This document shows, one piece after another, positions 51,001-63,285 of a stretch of DNA of 64,000 bases. The stretch comes from Lingula anatina. Taxonomy: Eukaryota; Animalia; Brachiopoda. Both the position numbers and the translations under genes were made by a program. The stretch lies in contig CM120645.1 of assembly GCA_051362555.1 (NCBI GenBank), positions 2,480,001-2,544,000 on the forward strand, written 5' to 3'. The notes beneath the pieces were generated by a model. It worked only from the letters and a program-made list of their open reading frames with translations, searched no databases and had not been told where the DNA came from. Within the stretch, counting starts at the first letter, position 1, and every line of letters begins with the position of its first letter.

Positions 51001-52343
51001 GATGGGAAACGTTAGATAAGACAGGTTCCTTTTTACAGATATTGGTTCCGAAAGAGATGAGGAATGAGGTGATGAAGGGCGTACATGACAAAGTCACGTC
51101 GGGTCACCTCGGTGTCAAGAAAACAGTGAGCAAGTTGAAAAGACACTTCTACTGGTACAAGATGAAAGAAAGTGTGCGAGATTACATAAGAAGATGTGCT
51201 ATTTGTGGTGGGAGAAAAAGACCACGGTCAAGACCTAAGGCTCCTTTGATAAGATATGCTGTAGGCGCTCCCATGGACAGAGTGGCAACAGACATCTTAG
51301 GACCTTTTCCAGTCAGTGAAAGAGGCAATAAATATATTCTTTTAGCAATGGACCAGTTTTCCAAATGGGTGGAGTGCTATGCCATCCCTGACATATCGGC
51401 TAAAACTGTAGCACACAAGCTAGTGACAGAGTTTTTCTCTAGATTTGGCCTACCCCTTGATCTCCATTCAGACCAAGGTAGCAACTATGAGTCACAGTTA
51501 TTCAAACAAGTATGTCAAGTATTAGAAATAAATAAAACCCGAACATCCAGCTATCATCCCTCAGGAAATGGAATGGTGGAGAGATTCAATATTGTGTTAT
51601 GTGACATGATATCAGCTTACGTGTCAGAAGACCAACGGGATTGGGACATTCATTTGCCTTTATTGACTGCAGCATACAGGTGCTGTAAACATGAAAGCAC
51701 TGGTTATTCCCCTAATTTGCTTATGTTAGGCAGAGAAGTTCACACAGCTACAGAACTGATCTTTGGAAAACCACCAGAAGACCGATCTGTGACGTCTCCT
51801 TCAGAGTATGTCAAAATGTTGCAAGAGAAAATGACTAGAATTCATGAAATAGTGAGATTGCATTTGAAAAAGGACTTTCAAAGGCAGAAAAGAGACCATG
51901 ACACCCGTATTTCGCAAAATAACTATAAAGTTGGTGACTTGGTGTACTTACTAGATAGCACTAGAACAGTGGGACTGAGCCCAAAGCTGAAACGTGATAA
52001 ATGGCAAGGACCTTTTGTTGTTGTCAAAAAGCACAGTGATTTGTTGTTTGCAGTGAAAGGCAAGCCTAAGTGTAAAATGAAGATCGTGCACCATGACCGT
52101 CTTAAGCCATTTTTAAGTGACCAAGTTCCAGATTGGGTGTCCAGTTTGCAGAAATGTTTACATAAAGGTAATTATGTAGAAGGCAGTCCACTGAAACGTG
52201 AAGGAAGTGCCATCAAACACAGAATGAAGCAGAGTGGCCAATCTAAACAAGTGCAAGTACCCAAGAACCAACCTGACAGTAATTTGAGAAATGAGGGAAG
52301 ACCACAAAGGAAAAGAAGACCTCCCAAGAGATTTGCTGATTGA
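47973..52343 (+). CDS. pol: Gypsy Pol polyprotein (protease, RT, RNase H, integrase), probably expressed as a Gag-Pol fusion
   Basis: FIVDTGAS, YLDDII, DTDAS..GIGAVL, HHCC (H..GH..CAIC), DILGP/HSDQG/VERFN and GPF motif. Uninterrupted 1456-codon frame. Confidence 0.95.
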   Translation: MQGTCERGSACKQPGKLRRGIPAGQNEPLKTPVDSDIETVSCRNASVSWPVKIQGQEVNFIVDTGASKTIIATHIYERIPHDFRPELKKTHRKLQLQVADSRNIEIEGHVEIKFQSGEEVFIWDMLVAKIKDDGLLGMDFLCHHDFSLGVNGLKLNGKRVPCLVEREPKHAFRVTVTNDVIIPANSELIIEGTVDSSKIKSGLGLVEAIPEKSSDFLIGHVLVDPFRRDNKIPVRLLNPSNENISLLKDTCVAHLHEVDHVIGDKLEDSLSVPTLRADLTPGKQKSDLTLHSPELPEYLADLYKRSGENLIDFERCELKKLLQKHSDVFAKSSSDMGHTSVVKHKIVTGDARPIKQQPRRPPRAFAGEEEKIIQEQLQNGVIRESTSPWSSPLVYVKKKDGTTRPCVDYRRLNDVTVKDAYPLPRINDCLDSLGGSIFFSIADCQSGYYQIEVAEEDKPKTAFVTRNGLYEYNVMPFGLSNSPSTFERCMELILRGLQWQTVLIYLDDIIVFGKSFEEHYKRLDEVFNRLGKAGLKLKPSKCRLFQTEVQFLGHVVTQDGVKPDPEKVDCIKKWPIPRNLTDVRSFLGLCSYYRRFIKGFSTRAAPINYLLQAGQAFTWTDSCQTAFEDLKSALTGNEVMAYPRDEGLYILDTDASATGIGAVLSQLQWCEKTQKEIEKPVAYASKSLTKTQRRYCVTRKELLAVVTFVQQFRHHLLGRQFLVRSDHSALRWVMSFKEPNDQMARWLEVLSQYDFKIEHRAGARHGNADAISRFPCDPDECTCYDGESILRKLPCEGCVQCKKKHEQWSRYLEEEVVPLVTRRMTENRKKEPKSDNGVCGSGQVSGNQGKCPVKRVYTAACSVLLTGLYTLLTLFFAILSWVTMKFKCIFKEVRALSLRRMRVSKKKEVLPRENLTFKDQDFSHGDEDTDLSESESDRDRLPAEWLGSYTVNELFNLQRKDPELKTVLDWKEQSSQRPERDKVAAESPAVRQLWLLWDQLVLQEGILYTRWETLDKTGSFLQILVPKEMRNEVMKGVHDKVTSGHLGVKKTVSKLKRHFYWYKMKESVRDYIRRCAICGGRKRPRSRPKAPLIRYAVGAPMDRVATDILGPFPVSERGNKYILLAMDQFSKWVECYAIPDISAKTVAHKLVTEFFSRFGLPLDLHSDQGSNYESQLFKQVCQVLEINKTRTSSYHPSGNGMVERFNIVLCDMISAYVSEDQRDWDIHLPLLTAAYRCCKHESTGYSPNLLMLGREVHTATELIFGKPPEDRSVTSPSEYVKMLQEKMTRIHEIVRLHLKKDFQRQKRDHDTRISQNNYKVGDLVYLLDSTRTVGLSPKLKRDKWQGPFVVVKKHSDLLFAVKGKPKCKMKIVHHDRLKPFLSDQVPDWVSSLQKCLHKGNYVEGSPLKREGSAIKHRMKQSGQSKQVQVPKNQPDSNLRNEGRPQRKRRPPKRFAD
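48015..48058 (+). other. -1 programmed ribosomal frameshift signal (G GGA AAC plus downstream stem-loop)
   Basis: Slippery heptamer GGGAAAC directly before the gag TGA. Hairpin AGGGGCATTC..GAATGAACCCCT starts ~4 nt downstream. pol is in the -1 frame relative to gag. Confidence 0.8.
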
Positions 52344-52615
52344 CTGTGACAATGACCTTTTAAAGTGACCATTATTATTAATCAGACAATGAACTTTAAA
52401 GTGAACATTATTATGAATCAGACTGAGAATTTAAATGACTTTAATGATTATCAATGTGGAACTTTAGAGTAATTTTATTAATCCAAGTGACACTGAACTA
52501 TTGAATGAACTTTATGAACTGACTGAATTTTTAACTGCTTAAATGATTCAGAATATTTTTAGTTTTAACTGATTTTAGTAGTTTAATAGGGCAGATCCCC
52601 GGTGGGATCAGACCT

Positions 52616-52627
52616 AGGGGGGAAGAG
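52616..52627 (+). other. Polypurine tract
   Basis: AGGGGGGAAGAG directly before the 3' LTR. Confidence 0.85.
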
Positions 52628-53241
52628 TGTAACGATTTTACATAGCCTTAAAATTCATGGTAAAATTGCCGCAGTAAGCTTTAGCCTTTTGTTTACATTC
52701 TTGTGTGTGTTGAACTTTGAACCTTAAGTTGGAATGGCTTGTAAGTGGTATCAGTTTACGAAAGAGGGGATTGTGGTGTCTAGTAGAGGGGTTGGCGGTC
52801 AACCATTCAAGGCCGTCCACTTTTACTCTGGCTGCCAGTCAAAGTAGCAGTGAACCATTCAAGGCCGTCCACTTTTGAAATGTATAAATACAGCTGCTCT
52901 TCGCAGTGTTGTTCAGTTAGAGTTCAGTTAGAGTTACTGTAGAGTATAGTGGCAGTACTCAGTGAGAGTATAGTGTCAGACTTAGTTTCACAACTTAGTT
53001 TGAGTCAGTTTCACAATATAGTTCCAGTTAGTTTATTGTAGCTGAGTTGCAGTTGTTTAAATTAGAAGTACAGCAGTACAGCAAGAATAGAGACAGTGTT
53101 TAGTAAAAGATACAGAAACATGTACATTTGTGTTGAGAGTTATTCGTAGAAATAAAGTTTACAAAACAGAGACCTTGTTTTGTTGGTGGCAGCGAAGTAA
53201 GAGAACCGTACACTGGTGGCAGAAAAGCGAAGACCTTTACA
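52628..53241 (+). repeat. 3' LTR
   Basis: 614 bp, no difference from the 5' LTR seen by eye. The same 60-aa minus-strand ORF appears in both. Confidence 0.95.
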
Positions 53242-56200
53242 CTATGCAGACAGGTTTTAATAAGAAGTGATCATTTGTCTAGTTATGATGTACCTGGCCA
53301 CATTCCAGCCCACTATCCTCTGGCTGATCAAGTGATTTTGTTGTAAAAACCATCATCATGTTTCTATTAGGCCTGTAAAGTATAAAGTTATTGGGCAGTA
53401 AAAGCATGATTTCCCCATTGTTGTTCTATGGGTAATGTAAGTTGACTTTACTTACAGGGGTTGAGTAAATAATATACTTTGTATCATAGAGAATACCAGG
53501 GCTGGACATGGCAGGCGAAAGTATGCACTGGTTCTATTTAACTTCATGATATATGTTGGTATTTCATGTTCCGTACAAAAACATTGCTCGTGGCAGTTGC
53601 ATTTTTAAGAAAATTCCAGAACTGGACAGCGCTACATTTCAAATATTGGTATTTAGGAAATCCAGGGTATATTACTTAAACTCCATACAAAATGGAGCAC
53701 TTTTGTATCAATTGTGTATTTCATAAGTTCTACAAAGAAAAATATCCCAAGTTGGTATGATAATGATGGACCAAAAGAAAAAAGTGAAATTGCTCCTAAA
53801 GTATTGCTCTCAAATGACACATTCTTTGCCAGAGTAAACAGACTCCAAAATCAATTAACTTTGGGGGAACCCAAGTCCACCCTGGCTTTTACTTTTTACC
53901 TCAGACTGTCAGATCATGTGACAGAGTACGATGTCTCGTGTCTGCACCAAGACGTCCCCCCTGAGAGGGGTGACATGTTTATTTAAGGAGACCCAGGGGT
54001 GGGGGCTTTATTAAGTACTTCAATGGAGAACACAGGGTCTGTTTAAGGAACTGCGACACTTAATTAACTCCCTACAAAAGAGGGACTACTTCTTCGCTAG
54101 GACATTTTTGTCAATCCTGAAAACGAGAGCTCTTATAATGAACTAAGTGAGTTTTCACAATAAAAGAGAAAAAAAATCTGACAAATATGTTCAAACACTT
54201 AATCTACTTATTAAAAAGTCAGGGGGTGAGGGCAATAAACCTGACGCCCAATTTCCCTTTCATACGAAGAATTCAAACTTTGTGTCACCAGTGCTTCACA
54301 ATTCACCTCCCTAGACAAGACTGAATACACATTTTTGGGTAGAATTGTTCAGATTGAATAGAGTGTTCGTGTGAGATTGAAGCACGGGCCACAAGGCATC
54401 TTACAGCATCTTGACATCTTGATATCACATTCTCAATGGTGCAAACAGATCAGCCTAATTAAATTTACCTGGCTATTGTCACTAGTATATGACAAGGACA
54501 TATCAAAGAATTTGATGTTGAAATGAAACTTTGCATGGGGTTCCATTTTTTTTTTCAAGTGTGAAAAGCAAGGTTTAAATTATTGAACTGATGTCAGAAT
54601 GTGTAAAGCTGCTTTCAAATATTTAACCCCTTCCAAATATGAAAAGAAAATAATCAATTTCACATTTTAATTATACATTTAACCAAATTTTACATTTATT
54701 ATAGTAATGGAATAACTAGGAATTAACTGAAGTAAAGGAAAGAAAAAGAAAGCAACACCCTCTTAAAAACAATACCAGTTTACTTCTAAATGACCCCACT
54801 TACACCTAGCATTAATGTCTCAAATTTTAATGGGCACACTTCAAAGTAGAATAAGAAACCAAGCACTCGTCTCTTCAATCTTTAGTAAAAAATATAAGCT
54901 CCTTAAGTCCTGTAATTGGCCACATGTGCATTCCATTCTTATGCTAGACTACCTATTAATGTCAAAACGCCACATATTTCTTTTAACACCCTGTCAATTT
55001 TTAAATATTCTCACCTTTGCGGGAGTGTGATGTACTGAATAACCATATTAGTAGTTACCATGAATGATTACCATTCATTGTATATTAATTGTAGTTTAAT
55101 TTCCCAAGTCTGGGTCTAGGAGTGTGTTTACTACTATTAGGCAGGTGCAAGCCTGTAGCAACAGGTAGAACAAGGTGCTTTCACGCATCCAATGCGTGCC
55201 TGGTAGACTTTTTTTTTCTTAAATTTCCTTTTTATCCAGCCTAACATATCAATTATATGAAAAAGACAATTACTAGATGTAGTAGACACCAGAGAACTGC
55301 ATTTCATTTACCGGAGTAACAACCTATATATACAAATTGTTAATCTACCTGAGGTGCATTTTTGCACAAGGGAGGGCAAGGAATGGTTCCAAGTTAGGGT
55401 AAGCCAAAGACGCCCTCTGTGGTTATTAAAATGTAGTAATTATTCCCCTCATGGCTGCCAATGTCTGTTGGCTGCCACTCACAGGCAGGTTAATGTAAAT
55501 TCTTTCCGTTTTAAGTCCATCGTTAATGACATTAATCAGTAACCTGAAAGGTGAGGGCAAGTGGAGAGAGAGCCAAAAGCTCATACCAAGAGGAAAATTT
55601 CTTTAATATTGGCTAATTTATTTAAATTACTAACCACTACTACAATTTGTCAACAAATAATTCACCTGTCTCATCATAAAAAGTGTACTTGACAGAAAAA
55701 TTTAAACAATCTAACTAAAGCCAAAACTATGCTAGGGTGAACCCGTAAAGCAACTTAGTTTTCCCAAAGTTCATCGGAGTTCCGTTAATACAGTGAGGGG
55801 AAATACAGTTAAAGCTTGCCCACAACACCTGATGTCAAACCAACAGGTGCACTTTTGGCATATCACCCTTTAGCCGTTATAGACCCCAGTGTGGGAACTT
55901 AAAGACCCCCCCAACTCTGACACCAAGTACAGAGTTAATTCAGCAACATTCCTCTCATGAAACTTAAACTGTAGCGCTGCATGTCTCAATACATTAACAA
56001 CAGTTAATGGTGTAAATTCCTGCAATAGCAATGTTGCGTTACCACACGAGATACCATCATTTGGCGACAATCCCTTTATAACACAACGGCAATGATGACA
56101 GATGGTTATTATCTAAATGGCTTCCATGATTCATTGGGTTGAGTGACAACCAAGTTTTGCTGATGGTAGACAGACAACTTATAGTGGCATGGGGACCTTT

Positions 56201-58205
56201 TTGTCTGACTTAGTTCAATTAAGCTACACAGGGATTGCCTGAAATGTCCTGATTAACGGTGATTATCTAGACAGACAAATTAACTGTCTGAACAAACATC
56301 TGGTAAAAATTACAGCAAAAAAATACAAGTATACTTCTCTTTTCAATTTATCATCATTGTTATTTTGGTAATTACTAAGTTTTGAAGTAACATTATCAAT
56401 TCACAAGATTGCGGTTTGTAAGTTGTCTCAAAAAATGGATAACAAATACCTTATCACATTGTTGTAAATACAGTTTTTTGAGTAGCATTGCATACACACA
56501 TGTTAACATAAAAAATCAAGTTCTCTATCTTTCAGTCATTTATCCTTAGACTTAAAAAACAAACAAGCAGTTGCATGTTACAAGTAGGCATTACACACTT
56601 CATGCAATACATTTGCAACAGATGCGCGGAATCATTACTCTGATCATAATGTTTTGTTACGACGCAAGACGACAATACTCGGCACACCCATATAAGGGTA
56701 CTTCAGCATGCAAATGCAAACACGCACACACCCACTGACGTAGTGAGTAAACAACATGTGCGCACTTCTCCACCTGAACATGTGGGACACATACATCATC
56801 TGCGCACAATACTGGAGCACGCCCAATACAATACGGGCAGGTTCAATCAATCATAATCATTCATGGCACACAAACATGTACTTATTCACTGTTATAATTT
56901 TATTTGAACAAAAGCACCAGAAAGAAAAAGATTTACATATTGTATGTTGTTTTCATCGCAAATTACTTAAGTACACTCTTTTCTCCTTGGATGCAATGGC
57001 TGCCCGATGTTGGGTACAAGATCGTAGTAAGAGAATAATGAAAGGTTACAGAGACCTTCACCTATAACTGAAAGATTAATGAAGAAGATGTGAAAAATAC
57101 ATGCTAAACTGTGTCACAAACTAGTTCATTGAGGTGAAGCAAAGGAAGCCAAACTCTAGATGGCACTACCAGACATATATCACAACACTTAACAAAGGGG
57201 AAAAAACAGGGTTTGTATTGTAATTGAACCCCGAGGAACATATCACATTAACCTCTGGGAACAATTTAACCCCACTTGGCCTCGGCTTCCACAACCATCA
57301 ATGACCAACTGAATGTCTTTAATAATCACCTCACCGCAGCTTGTGTTTTTAACCCCGTAGCATTAAGCATTCTGACTACTGACCCACCTACGGGAATTAA
57401 ACAGCAATTAGTACTCTTCTCAGAGTGTTTAAAGGGCTCGGGTCACCTTTTTTTACCTGACGAGATGGGTTTGCTGACCACCTAGAAGGCCTTTAAAGGA
57501 CAATTATGAAACGATTGACCTCAGCAGGATGGTTGTCCTCTTTAAGTGGTCAGATAGGGTTGCAAGGGTCAGTCCAGATGTCAGCACAAGAGGCTAATTT
57601 TAGTGATTCATTTGTCACTTTGTCTTTGATGTTAACAGTAAACTCAGATCCGCTGTCAACGGTTTTGTGACAGGTAAAATTGAAGAGGCACGAGTTACAT
57701 TCTTTGTTCTTTTTAAATATAAGTTTTTTTTTTCACGGGGCATCTTGCGGTGAATAATTGTGACAGTGCTGGGGGCATGTTACTGACTTGATAATAAAGA
57801 CAACAATAAAAGTAGCTAATGTCTTTGTCTGTGTGTTTGTATACATGTGCTTGTATTAGATACCCAACAAAATCAGATCTACATGTTCACTAATAAATCG
57901 CAACAGAAATGCTTCCACACAAGAGACTTATCTCGAAAAACAAAATATGTATTTTTCGAATGATGTATGTGTGCTCCTCAGACATAGCAAACTCTTCAAG
58001 TTATTAATCTACTCATGACACACATGACTATTGTCACATGTGTGGACAGATACAAAGTTTGCGATATAGAAATACCTGAGTTATCTCCATACATTCTTGA
58101 AGAGCTCAAGTGCTGTGATACTATGTCCACAAGGCTGTGATAATTTCAAGAATTTCAATGATTCATTTACAGCAGCTCTTCATCAGGGCTCATAAACCAT
58201 AGTTA

Positions 58206-58206
<1 letters not shown>

Positions 58207-58246
<40 letters not shown>

Positions 58247-58263
58247 AGTGAGAGAGAGAGAGA
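58207..58263. repeat. Compound (TG)n(GA)n microsatellite
   Basis: Seen directly. Confidence 0.9.
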
Positions 58264-61107
58264 AAGTAAAAGGTTTAAGATTGCACTAATGTACATCAAC
58301 ATTCACTTGCTCCTATCACAAAAAAAAAAAAAAAAAAAAAAAGCCAAGCAAATGGAAACAATAATCTCCCGTCTGTCGCCAGTGCGATAAAATCATAACT
58401 TAATGCAAAAACCATGCTGTCATCTCTTGCACATTTTCTCACTAACTTCACAATATCCCGCCCCTCCTGACACGGAGTAAAAAGAAACCCTGCGAAATAA
58501 ACCAACCCAGACTTCTCAAGTCTCCCAAATTTTCAAGATTAACAGTAACCTAAGCTCTGCTTGGAATCAGGTGAGCTCATTACAGCAGTGGCAGCCGCAG
58601 ATTTTAGCTGATAAAGAACAAAGCCCATTAATAGTTGCCTTCACCTGGGGAGAGGCACCACAACAAAGAGTATGGTCTTATCAAGCAAGGTATTAGGATC
58701 AGTTTCGGTAAAACTCATTACAACAAAGCCCAAACCCGCTTAGTGTTATGCCTGATGACAAAGTATGATCCATATGTTCAGCTAAAAGACAAAGGAATCA
58801 GATCAAGTCAAATCAGGGTATGATTTATGAGAAAAATATTTTCTTATCCAAAGTTATTTTTCATTTGTGTGAAGAACAATGGATTGAAAGCAAAACAAAT
58901 GTAAGGTGATGGTGTATGTAAAGCATTTTCTTTATCAATTGTTATTTTTCATTTGTGTCAGGTGTGGATGTGTCTTAAAATTCCATTTCAAGGACAACGC
59001 TGAGATAAAATGTTAAGGGACAAATCTATGACAATGGAGCACGTTCAGTTCACGCAGGGGCCTTATCATTCCCCTTCATTTCACATCAGAGTCTCCATAA
59101 CCCTGCTCCTTTCATGTTTTGACCTCTTAAATACCTTTCCTCTAACACAGATGTCATCCAACAGTTGCATGTCTCCAGCAATTATCCGTAATTCAGCGTG
59201 CTAAATCAATCCTGCCCATGTCGCCAAGAATGACGGCTTTAACCAGCAGATCATCTGCTGAGGTAACGTGTCAAAAATATAATCCAGAGCTAGGCTGAAG
59301 TTGCTATTGACCTTTATCTAGGGACAGGGACCCAAGCCCCCCCCCCCTTCAACAAATCCTTATCCACTCACAGCATATCTGGCACTTATCCTCAATTAAG
59401 TTTACTGGTCCTTCATCCCCCTCACTACCACCACTTCTCAAATTTCTCCCCCCCCCCCCCTCCCCAGAGACCTACAATCTGGCCTTAACTAAGGCCAACT
59501 GTTAAGCCCCCCACAGTCTGTACAGATCATATGACACTATTTGCTCATCTTTGTGCTCAGGAGAAGATTGTCAGGTGTAAAATCTCCACTGAAGAGGGAC
59601 AGGAAAACAGACCACAAGGACTTTGTGACCCTGTCTATCTCACAATTCGTGTCGACACAACAGCTAGGAATTTCTATCCTTAAGTCGTCCGGAAAAAAAT
59701 CCATTCAGGACATTGAGTGTGTCCTTAATGAATGAGAAGTCAAAAAGTTGACAAACATTACCTTAATGAAGATGCTCCCATGAAATTGGATCTCGGCTTT
59801 AAGAGTGCGTTAGACAGAAACATTTTGAATGGATTAGGATTAGACCTAGTCAAACATTAACACAATTAGGATGCTTTCTAAATTGAACCCCTGTAGAAAG
59901 GGGTTTGGAATGTGTAAAACTGACTCAAAATGGAATTAAACATGGTGAAGAGTTAGCAAATATTACCTAGATGAGATCAATGCTGAATAAGCCAGCTTTA
60001 GGATTTAGACAGAATGACAAGCAAAAGGACAGCAAACAGTAGCCAAATAGCTCCTTGTGAAATGTCTGAACTGAAGAGATTTGAATGAATCGTTGATTGA
60101 GGTTCAAAATACACATTATAAATTATACAATGCTTCCATGTCTAGCAACAAGTCAGTATACTTTAAAAAAAAAAAGGCATATCAATTATGTTTTCCAGAC
60201 AGCAAAAAAGACGCGAAAAAAAATTGTTTCATTTGCAGCCCATGCTGAGACAGATCACCATTTATTGCTACTGCAAGAACATTCACCCACCAATAATAAT
60301 AACATCGCTGTATTTTCCTTCTACAAGCAATAATGTTTATCCAGCGCTGCTATTATAACCCCTACGGTCCATTGAGGTGTCACTTCACTGATGGTTACAA
60401 GTCAATATACCTGCCATGCGGAGTCAAAAGGGAGAATAACAAACCCGAACTTGTAATGCAATTATTGGTTGCAAAAAATCATTTCACCTCGAGGGCTTTT
60501 GGTTCATGTGCCCATGAATATATTGTATATACTGGTGGCCTCGATGTTTGACTGCACTTATATCATGTGGGGTTGTGAAAAAAAGTAATGGAACTTTTCC
60601 TTTTTTTTTTTTTTCGAAGGGGGTGGTGGAAGAATTTTTTGATCTGGTTCTGTTTTTGTTTTGGAGCTTAATTTTAAATCACAGTTGCAACAAGGTCATT
60701 CTTTTCCATATTTACATTTTGATTCGAAAACACAATTTATCAATCCATATCTCCCCGTCAAGGTCAAGTGAGTTGAAACAACACTGACTCCTCTCTTGTG
60801 TTTGTTTCTTAATTTTTGTTTGGCAAAGTCTTCAAATGTATGATTTGAAGTATGGAGAACTATTGTGAGTATAAATAGAACCTTTCTGTGGCAAAAAATT
60901 AACAGCAGCACTTCTTGGAAGTCTGATTTTTGAAGTTCAAACTTTTGGACACTAAGGACAAAGAACAATGGAGACCTGAAAGTAGGTCAAGGAGGTGGAA
61001 AGCTGACATCACTTGAAAGTTGAAATGCTGCAAGAACTTGACTTGTATATCTCCTATCTGTTCTGAAACTACGTGGTTGATACAAAATATCTCTACTAGC
61101 ATCTGAA

Positions 61108-62961
61108 ATGACCAAGAAAAGGAATTCTTCAAAGAAAAAAGGCTACTATGCTGTGGCAAGAGGCTACCAAGTTGGTGTCTACAGGACCTGGGAAGAGACT
61201 GAAAAGCAAGTTCTAGGCTACTCTGAAAATCTGCATCAGGGATACATCTACTACTCAGGTGCCAAAAAGTTCATGACAAAGGCTGGGATTCATTCATTCA
61301 AAGTATTCGAAAATGGAAAGGAGTACGATAACGAAATTTATGAGAAACTTCTAATGGAGGAAAAAACAAAGAGCACTCTTGACACAAGTGGAGAAAATGG
61401 AGAAGCCCAAGAGGATGAGGAAACACGTGCAAAAACACAAGGTGAAACAAGTGTGAAAGAGCTCTATGAAGAGAAAAGTACTAAACCCAGGCATGAACAT
61501 GAAGAGACAGAAAGGGCCTTGAGTACCCCCATCAAACTACCAAGTAAAAGCACACCTGCGGCAACAACTACACCAAAGCAGACATTCTTGCTTAAGGCTG
61601 AATCAGTCAAGCAGAGATGGTCAGATAATTGGACTGAGAACTTTACTTCAATAAACAATGCCCTTGTCAATTTGGAGGCCAGCCAGACAGAACTCATTAA
61701 AGTCTTACAGACAAACAATGAGAGACATAGTACTGAGAACAAAGAAATGAGAGATACTATCAAGCTACAGGCAGAAAAGATAAACAATCTGAGAGATACT
61801 GTCAAGCAACAAACAGAGAAGATAAACAATCTCACCCTTCAGAGTAACCTGCTGCAAACAGAGCTGAATGAAATGAAGAAAATTGTAAAAGAGAATGCAG
61901 AAAGAATTGAAAAGAAAGAACTTGATGAAACACACTCAAACTCACACCAACTCTCACAAAATCATACAAACAGTATGATTACAGATGACTTTCCCAAAAA
62001 CAAGACTTATGCAGATATGGTGAAGACTACCAACACTGAAAGCCAAGCCCTACAGGGGACAAGTACTAGTATGTGGAAATCTACTGGAAAAGTTACTTCC
62101 CAAAAACATTCCCTGATACTGTCAGACTCAATATTTAGTAGGATGCACGAGACCCGCACAAAAAGTATGCTTGTAGAGCAGCAGTATGTACGTGGTGGGG
62201 TAGAAGCAATGATAAAAGCTATCCAAGAATGTGATAAAACAGACTTTGACAGTGTTGTGCTACATACAGGGACTAATGATCTGAAATACTTTGCAGATGG
62301 CACAATGACACCAGGGATAGCATATGATAAACTAGCATCTACAGCTAAGAAGAAGTTTACAAAGGCTTCAATCATCATGTCAAGTATTCTTCCACGGCAA
62401 GACAAGAGTTACTATGAAATAAACAATGTCAACAGGTCAATTGAGAAAGTGTGTGAGAAACAAAAACTGAAATTTCAAAATAATGACCCAGTTGTCTGTT
62501 ATAACTCTGGAAAAGTGAACAAAAGGATGTTTCACGACAATGTACACCTAAATGATAGACATGGACTCCCTCGTCTACTACTTCATACCAAACACTCACT
62601 AGGTGTGCACAGATCTGGAATTCCTCCTTTCCATGAAGACAATGACTGCAACACAGCAAATGGGCAGAACATCCCCATCATCATACAGACCCGCAGAGAT
62701 GTCAAACCTGTTAATCATACCCAAGACACTTACCGCCGTCAGACATATGGAGACTCTGGACACTTACTCTCCCCAAAGTCACATCATCAACATAGGAATT
62801 GGGGGAAAACCAATGTTTCATGGGGATACATACGCAGAAGAGAACCACAGCTATACATCCATGGCAGGCAGCCACGACATGACAGGGATGAGAGACATTG
62901 GCCATATAGCAGACAGCAAATCTTCTCAGGCACTCATTTTGACACTCGCTCCTGGGATTAA
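61108..62961 (+). CDS. LINE ORF1: RNase H1 N-terminal (hybrid-binding/Cauli_VI-like) domain, coiled coil, SGNH/GDSL esterase
   Basis: GYYAVARGYQVGVYRTWEETEKQVLGYS matches the YAV..G...G(I/V)(Y/F)..W......V.GY pattern. Heptad region at aa ~180-270. SGNH blocks ILSDS, VLHTGTNDL and FHDNVHLN. Confidence 0.8.
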   Translation: MTKKRNSSKKKGYYAVARGYQVGVYRTWEETEKQVLGYSENLHQGYIYYSGAKKFMTKAGIHSFKVFENGKEYDNEIYEKLLMEEKTKSTLDTSGENGEAQEDEETRAKTQGETSVKELYEEKSTKPRHEHEETERALSTPIKLPSKSTPAATTTPKQTFLLKAESVKQRWSDNWTENFTSINNALVNLEASQTELIKVLQTNNERHSTENKEMRDTIKLQAEKINNLRDTVKQQTEKINNLTLQSNLLQTELNEMKKIVKENAERIEKKELDETHSNSHQLSQNHTNSMITDDFPKNKTYADMVKTTNTESQALQGTSTSMWKSTGKVTSQKHSLILSDSIFSRMHETRTKSMLVEQQYVRGGVEAMIKAIQECDKTDFDSVVLHTGTNDLKYFADGTMTPGIAYDKLASTAKKKFTKASIIMSSILPRQDKSYYEINNVNRSIEKVCEKQKLKFQNNDPVVCYNSGKVNKRMFHDNVHLNDRHGLPRLLLHTKHSLGVHRSGIPPFHEDNDCNTANGQNIPIIIQTRRDVKPVNHTQDTYRRQTYGDSGHLLSPKSHHQHRNWGKTNVSWGYIRRREPQLYIHGRQPRHDRDERHWPYSRQQIFSGTHFDTRSWD

Positions 62962-63285
62962 ATGAGTATATGTAAACATGGTTGAGAAACAAAGAACTGG
63001 AAAAGTATTAAGGATAAGTAATGTGTATAATAAGTATTCCAAATGTCCACGCCATATTCTTATCAAGTCCAACCAACTCAGTAAGTACAAAATGTTTTAA
63101 CCAATTATTACTGTAAAAACATAAGTTGTTCAAAACTGAAATTGTTTAAGTTGTTGTAGGTAATCTTTACATTCATGCATATGTGCACCATTACTATCAG
63201 TGTTAAAAAATATTTAGTTTAATTCCAAATTAAGTGATGTCAGCAAGGATCCACTGCCTTGTTCATTAATATCAGTTTTTATATA

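Larger units (their letters stand above)
46213..53241 (+). mobile_element. Full-length Ty3/Gypsy LTR retrotransposon (7.03 kb), 4-bp TSD CTAT
   Basis: TG..CA LTRs of 614 bp that look identical by eye. CTAT at 46209-46212 and 53242-53245. PBS, PPT, and intact gag and pol in PR-RT-RH-IN order. Confidence 0.97.

Noticed and set aside
52344-52627. env-like third ORF in the Gypsy element
   Set aside because: Only ~280 nt of AT-rich sequence with short repeats lies between the pol stop and the 3' LTR, with no ORF.
53300-61000. Scattered 60-100 aa ORFs and possible NUAK N-terminal exons
   Set aside because: No kinase N-lobe motifs or other recognisable domains found, so the region is treated as intronic.
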